Positions 54,732 to 64,000 of a stretch of DNA of 64,000 nucleotides are shown here, one piece after another. Within the stretch, counting starts at the first letter, position 1. Each line of letters begins with the position of its first letter. The notes below the pieces were generated by a model. It was not told where the DNA came from. It searched no databases and was given only the letters and a program-made list of their open reading frames with translations. Both the position numbers and the translations under genes were made by a program. The stretch covers positions 888,595-952,594 of the forward strand of contig CAWHWQ010000001.1 in NCBI GenBank assembly GCA_963833095.1, given 5' to 3'. The stretch comes from Vulcanimicrobiota bacterium. GTDB lineage: Bacteria > Vulcanimicrobiota > Vulcanimicrobiia > Vulcanimicrobiales > Vulcanimicrobiaceae.

Positions 54732-55876
54732 TGGTGGGGAAGCGTCGCGCAGAAGGCAGCGTCACGAGAAAACGTGGCACTTGGTACGCCGTGCTTTCAC
54801 TCGGGAGAGATTCGAAGGGAAGACGGAGTCGCCACTGGTCGAGAGCCTTTAAGACCAAACGCGAAGCAGAGCACAACCTGGCGCAATTATTGATCGAGGG
54901 CCGACAGCAGAAAGAAACGCATAACACGGTACACTTCGTCTTGTCCTCCTATATCGATCAAGACGTAACCTCGCGCGGTCGGCGGGCCAAGAGCACGACT
55001 CAGCGCTACCACGATCTGCTAAATAACGTGAAGCCATTATGGGGTTATCAGGTCGACAAGCTTGGCGGACCCGTTATTGAGGACTTTTATCTTGATTTGC
55101 TAAAAGGCGGGTTGTCCCACACGACCGTGCATCACGTTCACAATTTGTTATTCGCGGCATTCCGATGGGCGAAGCGATCGAGAAATGGCCTAATTACGCG
55201 GAACCCATATGACTTAGACTACATCGAGAAGCCGCGTCGATCAAAGAGCAACGCTCGCGCTTACACGGTCGAACAGATACATACGCTTCTAGCAGCTCTT
55301 ATCGCCACAAAGCACGCGAACGCACTGGTTTTCTCTCTTGCTACGGGCTGCCGCCGCGGCGAAACATGCGGATTGAAGTGGAGCGCGATCGATTATCACC
55401 GGAAAATCGCAATCATCCGCGAGTCCCGTTATCAAGTCAGAGGAGAGGTCGGCCAAAAATCGACAAAGGCCGATCGAATTCGTGAAGTCCCGTTGAACAA
55501 TACGGCCATTTCGTCACTCCAGCGGGAGAAAGAACGACAAGCCGAACGTCGCGCGTTTGCTAGCGATGCCTGGGCCGAGACCAATCATGTGTTCACGGAT
55601 GAGCTGGGCCAGCCGCTCTCACCGATGGCTTTAACTAACGCCTTCGGCCGTTGCGCAAAGAAAGCCGGCTTGCCCACCACTCGCATGCACGACCTAAGGC
55701 ATACGGCAGCCACGCTCATCCTGAGCGGCGGCGGCAATCCCACGGCTGCCACCGAGATCCTTGGCCACTCAGATAAGAGCACCACGCTTCGACTCTACGG
55801 GCACGTGATAAGCCTCGATGTAATAAAAGCCGCAAAAGAGATCGATAAGGCTCTCAAGCGGCGAAAAGACGCCTAA
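54731..55876 (+). CDS. Phage/ICE-type tyrosine integrase (probable island integrase)
   Basis: Arm-binding N-terminus GSVTRKRGTWY..FKTKREAE; TGCRRGE, TK, HDLRHT, LGH, LRLY; TAATG overlap with ERCC4 gene. Confidence 0.94.
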   Translation: MVGKRRAEGSVTRKRGTWYAVLSLGRDSKGRRSRHWSRAFKTKREAEHNLAQLLIEGRQQKETHNTVHFVLSSYIDQDVTSRGRRAKSTTQRYHDLLNNVKPLWGYQVDKLGGPVIEDFYLDLLKGGLSHTTVHHVHNLLFAAFRWAKRSRNGLITRNPYDLDYIEKPRRSKSNARAYTVEQIHTLLAALIATKHANALVFSLATGCRRGETCGLKWSAIDYHRKIAIIRESRYQVRGEVGQKSTKADRIREVPLNNTAISSLQREKERQAERRAFASDAWAETNHVFTDELGQPLSPMALTNAFGRCAKKAGLPTTRMHDLRHTAATLILSGGGNPTAATEILGHSDKSTTLRLYGHVISLDVIKAAKEIDKALKRRKDA

Positions 55877-55961
55877 CCCCCAATGATGTGGCTGCTCGGG
55901 CCGAACTCGGATCCAGTCTAGCTCAAGGACTGTTCAGCGTCTGCAACGGAAAAACTCAAAC

Positions 55962-56219
55962 ATGAACCGCCCGGCTAGAAAAAAGCGATACCCATTCGGT
56001 ACTGTCGGATACTTCACTCACCGCGGCAAGGACTATCCGTGCGCTATCGTTGGTCTTCGCGAGAATGGCGCCTATGATTTATACCATCAAGGCACCCTTA
56101 TCTTTCCAGAACGCAATCTGCCACTCTACGCTGAGGAATCGGAGTTCCGGCCCGATCCAAGGGCGGCTAGATGGCTAACACGCGCTGAGGAAAAGCAGCT
56201 AGACGTGAGGCAGTATTAG
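55962..56219 (+). CDS. Hypothetical protein
   Basis: 85-aa ORF. Confidence 0.5.
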   Translation: MNRPARKKRYPFGTVGYFTHRGKDYPCAIVGLRENGAYDLYHQGTLIFPERNLPLYAEESEFRPDPRAARWLTRAEEKQLDVRQY

Positions 56220-57406
56220 CGCATCTTCGCCGGATCGACGTTGAAATGAAGCTCGCCCCGCTTCATCCCCTCGGCGCCAGCTCCCTGGTCCGTGTTAAAT
56301 AGGATTACGTTCGCAAGCGTAACTGCAAAAGGTCTCTGCGGATTTAGCCTGTCCATCGGGAAATCGCAAAGAATTTCGTATGCGTACTTGGCGCCTGATG
56401 TTACAGACGGGTGGTCGACGCTTTTACTACTTGCTCGTATAACTGAGCCGCCCTGCTTGATAATGCACACCGCTTCATCGAACGCGTTCAGCAACCCGCT
56501 CTCGATATAAATGTCAGCCGTCAAGTTTTTCAGCGATGGGTTTTTCAACAGCGCCGATGTGGTTGGCATCGTCTCGTACTTCGCTTTCCGCTGGGCCGAG
56601 TACATCGCAACCTTGAAGAACGGCGTTTGCATCACCGCGTGCGGAGTCGTATCTCCCTCATTACTTCGATCTGCGAGAACATACCATTCCATGTCCTCAC
56701 CCAGCAGCGCCATCTCATCGCTGTGCGAGCCGACCTGAACAGCGACTTGAACGTCCCCAGATGTCAGCGGATAGCGAACTCTTAAAGATCCAGTACCTTG
56801 AAGTTTGGCGGCCGCAAATTTCCCCGACAAATACTTAGCATCCGATTCCGCACTAACCGTCAAACTAATCATCAGGAGGCTCGCATACACGCCGTCAGAG
56901 TCTGTTTTGAATGCAGAAACATGTGGATCGGCTCCATATTTCGCACGTAACGTCGAGTAGAGGGGATCGCTCCCCGGTAGCTTCGCCGTTGACAACGCCT
57001 CAACGTGTATTGGTACATTGCGAGGCTGCGTGTCATTCAACAAAGCATACGACCACACGGCGTACGCATCGGTCAACATGCCGACGTCCTTTTGCAGCGA
57101 CGCCAGCACAGGTTCGTAATGTGGACGAGGCGTTAGCGCATGCAGGTGTTGCTGCAACGCCGCTAGGTCATTGCCAACGCGGGAATAGTCCGCGTCACGG
57201 ACCATCGAGGGGTTCATTTCAACTGCAACGCTTATTATTTCAAGCCTAACCGACTCGAAGGTAGCGCTCGTCTCTGCACTCGGCGTCCCGCCTACAGAGA
57301 TCACCTTGGCGTCAACGGCATTCGCATAGGCCTGGCCGGGTTCGACTTGGGCAATCAGCAATAGTAAAGCTGCGCTAGCGCCAAAAAGTCGTCTCATCTC
57401 TCCCAC
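56216..57406 (-). CDS. Secreted hypothetical protein
   Basis: GAGGAG RBS; signal peptide MRRLFGASAALLLLIA; 396-aa ORF. Confidence 0.7.
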   Translation of the reverse strand: MGEMRRLFGASAALLLLIAQVEPGQAYANAVDAKVISVGGTPSAETSATFESVRLEIISVAVEMNPSMVRDADYSRVGNDLAALQQHLHALTPRPHYEPVLASLQKDVGMLTDAYAVWSYALLNDTQPRNVPIHVEALSTAKLPGSDPLYSTLRAKYGADPHVSAFKTDSDGVYASLLMISLTVSAESDAKYLSGKFAAAKLQGTGSLRVRYPLTSGDVQVAVQVGSHSDEMALLGEDMEWYVLADRSNEGDTTPHAVMQTPFFKVAMYSAQRKAKYETMPTTSALLKNPSLKNLTADIYIESGLLNAFDEAVCIIKQGGSVIRASSKSVDHPSVTSGAKYAYEILCDFPMDRLNPQRPFAVTLANVILFNTDQGAGAEGMKRGELHFNVDPAKMR

Positions 57407-57452
57407 TGATCTCCTCGCATGTCATCTTAGTATATACTACGCTGATTTTTCA

Positions 57453-57913
57453 TCAGTGGTCGGAACAGGGCTGCTGATGATTCGATTCGCGAGCGACAGC
57501 GGCATAGGGCGTGTTCGTCATCTCGACTGTGCTGTATTCGTATGCTGCTCGGTCAAAAGCCTGATTCGCAAGTGACACGGCCCCAAGACCACAGGCAAAT
57601 GAACCAGCTTCCCCAAAATCATTTGCCTCTTGCATGATTCCCCACGCTATTTGGTCATCCGAAAGCCTATGCTTATTAGCAACAATATATACTTGGCAAT
57701 GATGTTCGCTGCTTTCGAACATTGAACAACCGCAGCCCTTTGACCGGTTTGACTGATTGGATCAGCAGGAAGAGCGCAAGCTCGCTGAGCACTACGAACA
57801 CTCGCCGGATAAGCGGACTCATCCGCAGTAAATTTCGCTAGGGACACATCGGCTCTGGCGTTCGCGTTAGTTAGAACGAAGAGCGTCAGCAAGGCAATTA
57901 TCGTTTTGCACAT
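57453..57913 (-). pseudogene. Secreted protein split by a frameshift in a TA dinucleotide run (57685-57691)
   Basis: MCKTIIALLTLFVLTNANARA..IIAKY continues as IVANKHRLSDDQ.. if one AT unit is removed. Confidence 0.55.
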
Positions 57914-58113
57914 GTATTCCCACTCAAACTTCTAGGCGCTAACAGCCTTGGAGCACAATTAGCAACGCTGCGCTCGTAGACCTGGCCGATGGCATGAGTG
58001 ATCACCGTTAGCCGCCACAACCGGGACCTGCGGCCTATCCAGATTAAGATTAGACGCGTTTATTGTCTGCGCCGTAGGGCGAGTCCCTGGATTGGGCCTT
58101 CCGACTCTGCTCT

Positions 58114-58404
58114 TTACGACTGAGCTTTGACGCGCATCGCCGATGAGAGTCGCTCGAAAATCTTCTGAGCGCTTCGCAGCCCGTTGAGATCCTGTGCCTT
58201 TAGTGAACGGTCGTCGCCGTATTCACTGTGAGCGATCATATATTCAGCAAACGTTAGTAGCCCCTCGAGATTCGAAAGCTCGCAGTAGTTTAAGCTGACA
58301 GTGCCATTCATTCGCGGCCACATTGGTGCGCTAGCACGAGGTCCGCCTGGAGAGACGAGGCGCCATGACACTTGCACAATGCCGCACTGGTATGCCATAC
58401 GCAT
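58114..58404 (-). CDS. Hypothetical protein
   Basis: 96-aa ORF; start uncertain. Confidence 0.4.
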   Translation of the reverse strand: MRMAYQCGIVQVSWRLVSPGGPRASAPMWPRMNGTVSLNYCELSNLEGLLTFAEYMIAHSEYGDDRSLKAQDLNGLRSAQKIFERLSSAMRVKAQS

Positions 58405-58648
58405 GGCGCTATGGAGGTGATGGTGCGGGTTTCCAAGGTTGCCGTGCGGAGAGGTAACTATCGCGGATCAACCTTCAACTTCTAGCAGCGCTGCGTCGCG
58501 CAAAGAGCCCAACGGCGGCGGCTTTCTTCGCCTCCCGGTTGTGGCTAGCTACCGGCGAGGGAGGCCCTTACAGTGCGGGCCGTGGTTCTCTCGCATCTGC
58601 GCGGCGATCTGAGCGGTGAAATCTTCCAATGCAGTTTCGAATGACGCT

Positions 58649-59377
58649 CTAATTTGCCCACTTGTCGCGCATCTCCCGAGCAAAGTCCTCCACCGTCTCT
58701 TGTTTGTCTTTGTAATACGGATCACTCTTCGCGCGATCTATTAGCATTTCAGCGAACTCCCGCGCGGTGCGACCCTTAAGGTAATGTTCCACGGCATCCC
58801 TTGAGATAAGGCGTTTACCATATGAGTCCGCCGAGTAGATCTTTCTGGAATCGAACAGCTCTTTTGCTTTTGAGTACGACAGGCGTAGCATTGCAGCCGC
58901 ATCTTTCATCGTAAGCCGCTTCGGTAGCTCCGCGGCGGCACCCAAGGGCGGGCTCTTCTTTACAATGCGGGCCGGCGCAGGAGCGGCGCGGCGACGGGGC
59001 CTGCGCAGTTCGCGTACTGGAGCCTCTTCTCGCTTTAAGCCATTTTGCAAAACATCCACAATTGTTGCCCTGGGATAAAGTCGACGTGAACCCACCCGAA
59101 TACAGGGCACGCGCTCGTAGACCGCGTTTCTGCTGATTCCTAGTATAGCAGCGACCTCGTTGACCTTGTAGACGCTCTTGGTTAGTTCGGCGTAGGGCTT
59201 TGCGTGAGCCTCGCTTATTGCGATCGGGCGAGCTGTCTCTTCACGGATCTTATAAGCGACGCTCTCCGCATCGCGCACCATAGGCAGCACCGCGCGAAGG
59301 GCTGCGTCCGCGCTCTCAGCGTCAACGGTATACGACAGTTCCAATCCAACGGTAAAGCGCTTAGCACCAAAAGCCAT
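58649..59377 (-). CDS. Tandem HTH_17 (excisionase-like) DNA-binding protein
   Basis: YKVNEVAAILGISRNAVY..RVGSRRLYP and LTMKDAAAMLRLS..GKRLISR; GGGAG RBS. Confidence 0.8.
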   Translation of the reverse strand: MAFGAKRFTVGLELSYTVDAESADAALRAVLPMVRDAESVAYKIREETARPIAISEAHAKPYAELTKSVYKVNEVAAILGISRNAVYERVPCIRVGSRRLYPRATIVDVLQNGLKREEAPVRELRRPRRRAAPAPARIVKKSPPLGAAAELPKRLTMKDAAAMLRLSYSKAKELFDSRKIYSADSYGKRLISRDAVEHYLKGRTAREFAEMLIDRAKSDPYYKDKQETVEDFAREMRDKWAN

Positions 59378-59406
59378 ATTGTTTCTCCCGGACGTCTTGA
59401 CTGGGC

Positions 59407-59781
59407 TTGATCCACCAACCGTGGCATTTCGACAGGCCGAATGGTCTAGCAGCCCGTCGGATTCGCCCTGCCCTGGTAGCGTTACCGATAATCGAACCTT
59501 ATCGGCGCGATCCTACTGTCGGGTGCGAAAACGTCATGATCGGCACGCTTCACCCACAGCTAAGCGGCAGCGAACGCGAGTTCTTACTCTCTCTCGTCCA
59601 AAATCAACCTCAGTGGCACCTTCTAGACGTGCCTCATGCGCAGCGGCTCCCAGCGCTGAAGTGGAAGCTGAAGAACCTCGCCGTACTGCAGCAGACGAAG
59701 CCGACGAAATTCGCTGAGCAATATCGATGCGCTCTCCGAGCGTTTCGATTCGATAAAATGATCGTCACCTGTCGCGAGTAA
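59407..59781 (+). pseudogene. C-terminal remnant of an AbiEii-type nucleotidyltransferase toxin
   Basis: EREFLLSLVQNQPQWHLLDVPHAQRLPALKWKLKNL..KPTKFAEQ resembles the AbiEii/DUF1814 C-terminus; catalytic N-terminus absent. Confidence 0.6.
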
Positions 59782-60033
59782 GTTCTGGATCTTGCGACAA
59801 TTCCTCCGCCTGTGAGAATTGGCCTAAATGACGCTCCTGACGCTGCTCCTGGTGGCGATTCGGCCGTTGGTCTAAAAACGTAGAAGGAATGGCAGCCGCG
59901 CCGAGACACAGACGACAACCCGAGACGAGAAAGGCGCCTCAGGTTTACCATGCAGAACCGAGTTTTACGCCTCGTTACATAGGCGACGAGGAAGCTCGCG
60001 ATGCATCCCGGCAAAGCGACGTCCCGTTTGGCG

Positions 60034-61332
60034 TTATAGAACGACTTGCTGCCATTTAAGTTCACGCAGTTGTGCAAGTTTCAGCGTCAGTTCACCATAG
60101 AAGGTACCATCAGTAAGCAAGTTCCCTTGCAGTGCTCCTGAATCGGATTCGCTCATGACCGACGATTCAAAGTTATGATCGGTTACTCGTCGCGCGATAT
60201 CATCCGGAATCTCAGATCTCTCTCGTCGCAGCACATCACTTAGCAGCTCCAGGCAGGACAGATCAATTCCAGATACTAGAAATCGCGTCTCACCACTGTA
60301 GTCCACGTACATCCCAGCAACCGCCGACTCCCTAAGCCATATAAGGATCTCGAGAGGTGACGCCAAGCGTAGTTGGTGCGGCACCGGAGACGGAAAAGCG
60401 AGCGCAATTTTCCGCTTTGCCAAATTAAGGACCGCTACTTCATGCGCTTGTGGCTCGCCCACTCCGCTTATAAGCCGACGCGAAGCCTCGGTAAACCCCA
60501 TAGAGGAAAGCCATGCCCCGTAATTCGCCCTGCGCACGGCATCCGAAGGTATCTCAAAAGGGGCTTGCTGGTCGCGCGGCTTGGGATCAACGAGCGCTAC
60601 GAGTGAAGACTCCTGAGACCAATCATCAATTTCTCGTAGAAAGGTACCTATGCCAAAGCTTTCAATAGGCTGCGGACTCAGGATTTGATCCCACCCGTCC
60701 AGTTGGTCCAGAGCGTCGGCAAGATGGCCCTTTACATTCGGCGTGGTTCCTGGAGTGACGAAGCTACCTTTAGATTCGACGAGTACTCTTTGCGAAGTCG
60801 CCATCTCAAAGATAAAATCTGGCGTCCGAATGTTGGTTTTCCCTAAACGCCGCAGAGAGTGCGAGGCATGCCTCATCCCTGCAGGCCCGAGGACGGAAGG
60901 CAAGCGCCCGACATAAGAGTAACCACGATCCTCGAATACCAATAGCGCGAGACCCTGCGCGATACGCGCCGCCAAGCTGGTGCGGCTGATGTCCGCGTAA
61001 AAGTCCGAACAGCCACCGCCGAGGCGCAACTCTCGCTGCTCCCAATCGAATAATGAATTATATTCTAAGAGAAACCCAATGGTAGTGAGCATGGAAGCGC
61101 CCGATGTCGGCCACCGTGCACAGTCCGCCTTCTTAACAGCGTGCGCTAATCGCCAGGACCCAAACCTGACTTCGTCATCTGGGACACCGAACGGGCGCAC
61201 ATGAAGCCGCGGAGTAGTGATCCTTACCTCTGGACGTTCAAATATCGGGAGACAGCTCGTGCTTCGCATCGCCCGGATCGAGCCGAGCACAGCCATCATC
61301 GATTGGACAAGCCTGGAAGACGCAGGAATCAC
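60034..61332 (-). CDS. Putative PD-(D/E)XK nuclease-fold protein
   Basis: RTPDFIFE..VLVESKGS..ALDQL..ALVDP. Confidence 0.6.
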   Translation of the reverse strand: MIPASSRLVQSMMAVLGSIRAMRSTSCLPIFERPEVRITTPRLHVRPFGVPDDEVRFGSWRLAHAVKKADCARWPTSGASMLTTIGFLLEYNSLFDWEQRELRLGGGCSDFYADISRTSLAARIAQGLALLVFEDRGYSYVGRLPSVLGPAGMRHASHSLRRLGKTNIRTPDFIFEMATSQRVLVESKGSFVTPGTTPNVKGHLADALDQLDGWDQILSPQPIESFGIGTFLREIDDWSQESSLVALVDPKPRDQQAPFEIPSDAVRRANYGAWLSSMGFTEASRRLISGVGEPQAHEVAVLNLAKRKIALAFPSPVPHQLRLASPLEILIWLRESAVAGMYVDYSGETRFLVSGIDLSCLELLSDVLRRERSEIPDDIARRVTDHNFESSVMSESDSGALQGNLLTDGTFYGELTLKLAQLRELKWQQVVL

Positions 61333-61385
61333 TCTCTCTTCACCACCCCATGTGTACGTCGAAGCTCGCGATCAGCGCACATCTC

Positions 61386-61661
61386 TCAAGAAATCGGCTT
61401 TCGTAGTTCGCCACCGCCGCGAGTAGAAACCGCTGAGGTGCTCGCAGCGGCATTGTGTCGCAATTCCACGGCGAAGCCGCCCTTGATGGCGTATGCACCG
61501 TGACGCCCTTCTACCTCTGCGCGATTCAGGACTTCAAAGAAGGCCGCGGCCGAAACCCAGCGCATCGCCCGAGACGGTGCGACATCCCGTTCGTTGGCGT
61601 CCGCTGTTACGAGCTTTTCCAACTTGCCCTGACTGATGATTTTCGGCTTATCCGCCATCAC
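61386..61661 (-). pseudogene. N-terminal remnant of an AbiEii-type nucleotidyltransferase
   Basis: RAMRWVSA..YAIKGGFAVELR, then breaks off before the R.S.D.D motif. Confidence 0.6.
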
Positions 61662-61854
61662 TGTCCCCGTGCCGTAAGGCGCGCTCGCGAGAGCGTGCTC
61701 GCAAGATACTGCCGCGTTTCATCAGAGGGCAGCATTTACAACGCGATTGGCAACCTTTATCTCGACTTCCTTGACCTCCCGGATACGGCTGATTGGCGGC
61801 AAAGAAGACACGGTTCAGCTCTGACATCCGCAGGTGGCTAAATGACCGGAACGT

Positions 61855-62361
61855 TCACGAACGAAGCAGCCTATCTTTCTGCGCCTGGAATTCACTCTCG
61901 TCGAGTATTCCTTTGTCGCGCAGTTGGGCCAGCTTCGCAAGCTCCTCGGCGACAGACACTGGAGGCGCACCCATCGACATAGTCCCTGGCATAACGGCCA
62001 TTTCGTCGCGCCACGTAGCACCGTGAGATTGTAAAATATTTGAAGTGCTATTTATAATGTCACGAACGTTGCTCCGGTTCTTCTTGTGCGTCCATACCGA
62101 ACCGAAAGCGGTCTTCGCGGCTGACTGAACCGATATAATCGATGCTTGCTCGCCATTCGAGGAAACTGAGACCGAGATCCGCTCGCCCCAGGAAAATGCG
62201 CTCAATTGGGTCTTAATGTCTAGACGAGAGGCGAGCTCGTCGCGCGTCTCGATTTGCATGCTTTTTAAACCACTCACCGCATCACAGAGCGCGCGAAATA
62301 CCACCTGCTTTGGGAACGGGAACTCGGCGTTTCCAGAGCGATCAAAAGTGTCAAAGAGCAT
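61855..62361 (-). CDS. SHOCT-domain protein
   Basis: SAFSWGERI motif; C-terminal VAEELAKLAQLRDKGILDESEFQAQKDRLL; AAGGAG RBS. Confidence 0.85.
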   Translation of the reverse strand: MLFDTFDRSGNAEFPFPKQVVFRALCDAVSGLKSMQIETRDELASRLDIKTQLSAFSWGERISVSVSSNGEQASIISVQSAAKTAFGSVWTHKKNRSNVRDIINSTSNILQSHGATWRDEMAVMPGTMSMGAPPVSVAEELAKLAQLRDKGILDESEFQAQKDRLLRS

Positions 62362-63041
62362 GTGAGACTCCTTGGCTGGCTTTCAGCCAAACGCTATGTG
62401 ATGAGGATATCAGCCCGAGCAATGTGGCCGCTAGACCCGCCAATGACTAAGAGAATTGAAAATGGGGGTTTTTCCACTCTCCAGAGATATCGTTCGCGTC
62501 CGGTACTGATTTTACGGCCCCGGTCCGCTCCAATTCGGGACTGCGCCGACGTTTCGAGTCGATGAATTACGGCGACAAACCCGTCACCTTAGCCCCCTGG
62601 CCGCCGCTTCAGCCGGTGGAAGCGCAATAACGAATCTGACGTCGCGCCCTCTAACTCGTTTTTTTACCCCATCCCAGGTAGCGCCCGTTTGCGACGACCC
62701 GAAACGACAGGCCTCGGCCAGAAACTCCCCCAAGACCTTGCCTCGGCGGCCCTTGAACCGAACGTAGTCGCTTCCGATGTTTTCAAACCTCATACGACAT
62801 AGGACCCGGCGCGCAAGGAGATCGCTGCACGCCGCCCGATACGAAGCTGACCCTGAATGGATCGATGATCGCGTTTGTTGAGCAGACAACGGTGATGGAT
62901 CAAGCAGCGCATCCTCGGGTGTTCCGATGCATCAACGACGTTGTGCATCTATTCTCACGTTGTTAGCGAGCGACAGCGCGAGGTGATCGATTTAATCGGT
63001 GACATTTTGAATTCGGAACCGCCCGAAATTCCCGGATAGCT

Positions 63042-63875
63042 CTATTTTGCGCGACCTTCGGCAGTATGCATCGCGTCGATGAGGTTGCGCGCTGCGCCAA
63101 CCGCGTCCTGTACACGCTTAAGGTCGGAGGCCAGTGTTTCTTGGTATTGTCTCGTCCCTTCAAGCGTCAGATAGACTGCGAGGTCTCGACGGTAACAGGC
63201 CATGTTATTGTGAAGTTCCACCACTGTCGGAGGTCTTTGATCACGTTCACTAATGAAAGCAATCACCTGTGTGTCATCTTCACTCTTTGCCAAAGCGCTT
63301 TGCTGAACAGCAAAGGCTAATCCACGAAATTGTTGCAGCGCATGGGACCACGTTTCCATCTCCAGGGCAGCCGCTGCCATGGTCTCGTATTTCGGTCCGA
63401 AGCACGCAGCAATATCCGGTGCGAGTAAACGCTCAGCAAACACGCTAAGGCTCGCCTCCCCGCCGATGGGCATCTTGTTGTCGATTGCCATATCCTTGTC
63501 GATCACGACGCTGATGCGTTCGTTGACCGCGCGGATCACGGCGTCCCCCGTCACAAACGCTGCGTCGCGCTCGCGGGCCACTTCCGCGGCTCTTTCATTG
63601 GAGCGTGATTGTCGATCCAACCATGATAGATATGCGCTAACAATGATCGTACCAACGGCGACAATGGCGAGGACGAGCGTATAGAACGCCGTTGAATCCG
63701 AAGGGACGAAGAATTGTGAGTGTTCCAGCGTGACCTGGAGCGTTGTGGGTTGGCCTTTTGCCGGGGGAACTACATCGATCGTCCCATGGTCAAAATGCGC
63801 AACAAGGGCAGGCAGTGAAGCTGGCGACGCGTGACTATTGGCTGGCGCACCAGGGCTCGGACTGGGAGAAGGCAT
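63042..63875 (-). CDS. Single-TM hypothetical protein
   Basis: TM FYTLVLAIVAVGTIIVSAYL followed by helical domain. Confidence 0.6.
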   Translation of the reverse strand: MPSPSPSPGAPANSHASPASLPALVAHFDHGTIDVVPPAKGQPTTLQVTLEHSQFFVPSDSTAFYTLVLAIVAVGTIIVSAYLSWLDRQSRSNERAAEVARERDAAFVTGDAVIRAVNERISVVIDKDMAIDNKMPIGGEASLSVFAERLLAPDIAACFGPKYETMAAAALEMETWSHALQQFRGLAFAVQQSALAKSEDDTQVIAFISERDQRPPTVVELHNNMACYRRDLAVYLTLEGTRQYQETLASDLKRVQDAVGAARNLIDAMHTAEGRAK

Positions 63876-63932
63876 TACGTGGCAGTTCGTTTACGCACGA
63901 TGCCATTCCGGTATCAGGCGTGTCACGGGGAT

Positions 63933-63954
63933 TAGGTAGACGTTTGGGTAGACA
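63933..63954 (+). repeat. Tandem direct repeat, putative integrase arm-type sites (right)
   Basis: TAGGTAGACG-tt-TGGGTAGACA; same spacing as 35503-35524. Confidence 0.7.
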
Positions 63955-63967
63955 GTCCGAGAATTAC

Positions 63968-63994
63968 AAAAGAAAAGCCCCGTGAAAACGGGGC
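63968..63994 (-). terminator. Terminator homologous to 35342-35372, expected downstream of the target tRNA
   Basis: AAAAGAAAAGCCCCGT-gaaa-ACGGGGC. Confidence 0.75.
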
Positions 63995-64000
63995 GTACGT

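Larger units (their letters stand above)
35375..64000. mobile_element. tRNA-integrated genomic island (defence cargo + integrase module), right end just beyond window
   Basis: att fragment at left; matching TAGGTAGAC repeats and homologous terminator at right edge; integrases, Xis, R-M and TA genes; visibly lower GC than left flank. Confidence 0.85.

Noticed and set aside
62584..62889. 101-aa ORF near the right end
   Set aside because: No RBS or motif support; may be a fragment.
35375..64000. Prophage or conjugative ICE
   Set aside because: No capsid, terminase, tail, relaxase or T4SS genes recognisable.

Overview
Bacterial chromosomal window, GC-rich. The gene repertoire (copper-amine-oxidase-N-terminal/beta-barrel fusion, CBM9-like/DUF5916-like outer-membrane protein, PQQ-propeller lipoprotein) suggests a diderm soil organism such as Eremiobacterota/Vulcanimicrobiota (inference only). 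Positions 1-28.5 kb hold ordinary signalling, envelope and metabolic genes: a poly-HAMP hybrid histidine kinase with a degenerate CheR, a Csu-type chaperone-usher pilus operon, a frameshifted katG, cysteine synthase, a membrane GAF-STAND ATPase, a class V aminotransferase with an MFS transporter, and a BNR/VPS10 protein. From 35375 to beyond the right edge is a genomic island integrated at the 3' end of a tRNA (probably tRNA-Glu). It is bounded on the left by a 27-bp tRNA 3' fragment plus terminator, and matching TAGGTAGAC direct repeats lie near both ends. Two more degenerate copies of the same tRNA-end motif (28558-28602, 32612-32633) suggest older islets accreted in tandem. The island carries a defence cluster: an Mrr-like nuclease, type I R-M hsdM-S-R and, directly behind it, a catalytically degenerate MTase-TRD-HEPN(RxxxxH) fusion, which is the best candidate for an undescribed system. 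It also carries orphan antitoxins, AbiEii remnants, and an unusual mobility module (Xis, tyrosine recombinase, HTH, Zn-ribbon degenerate recombinase, Xre repressor, and an ERCC4 nuclease coupled to a second integrase) tied together by shared palindromic operators. Three apparent frameshifts may be sequencing indels. All family assignments are from motif recognition by eye, not database searches.
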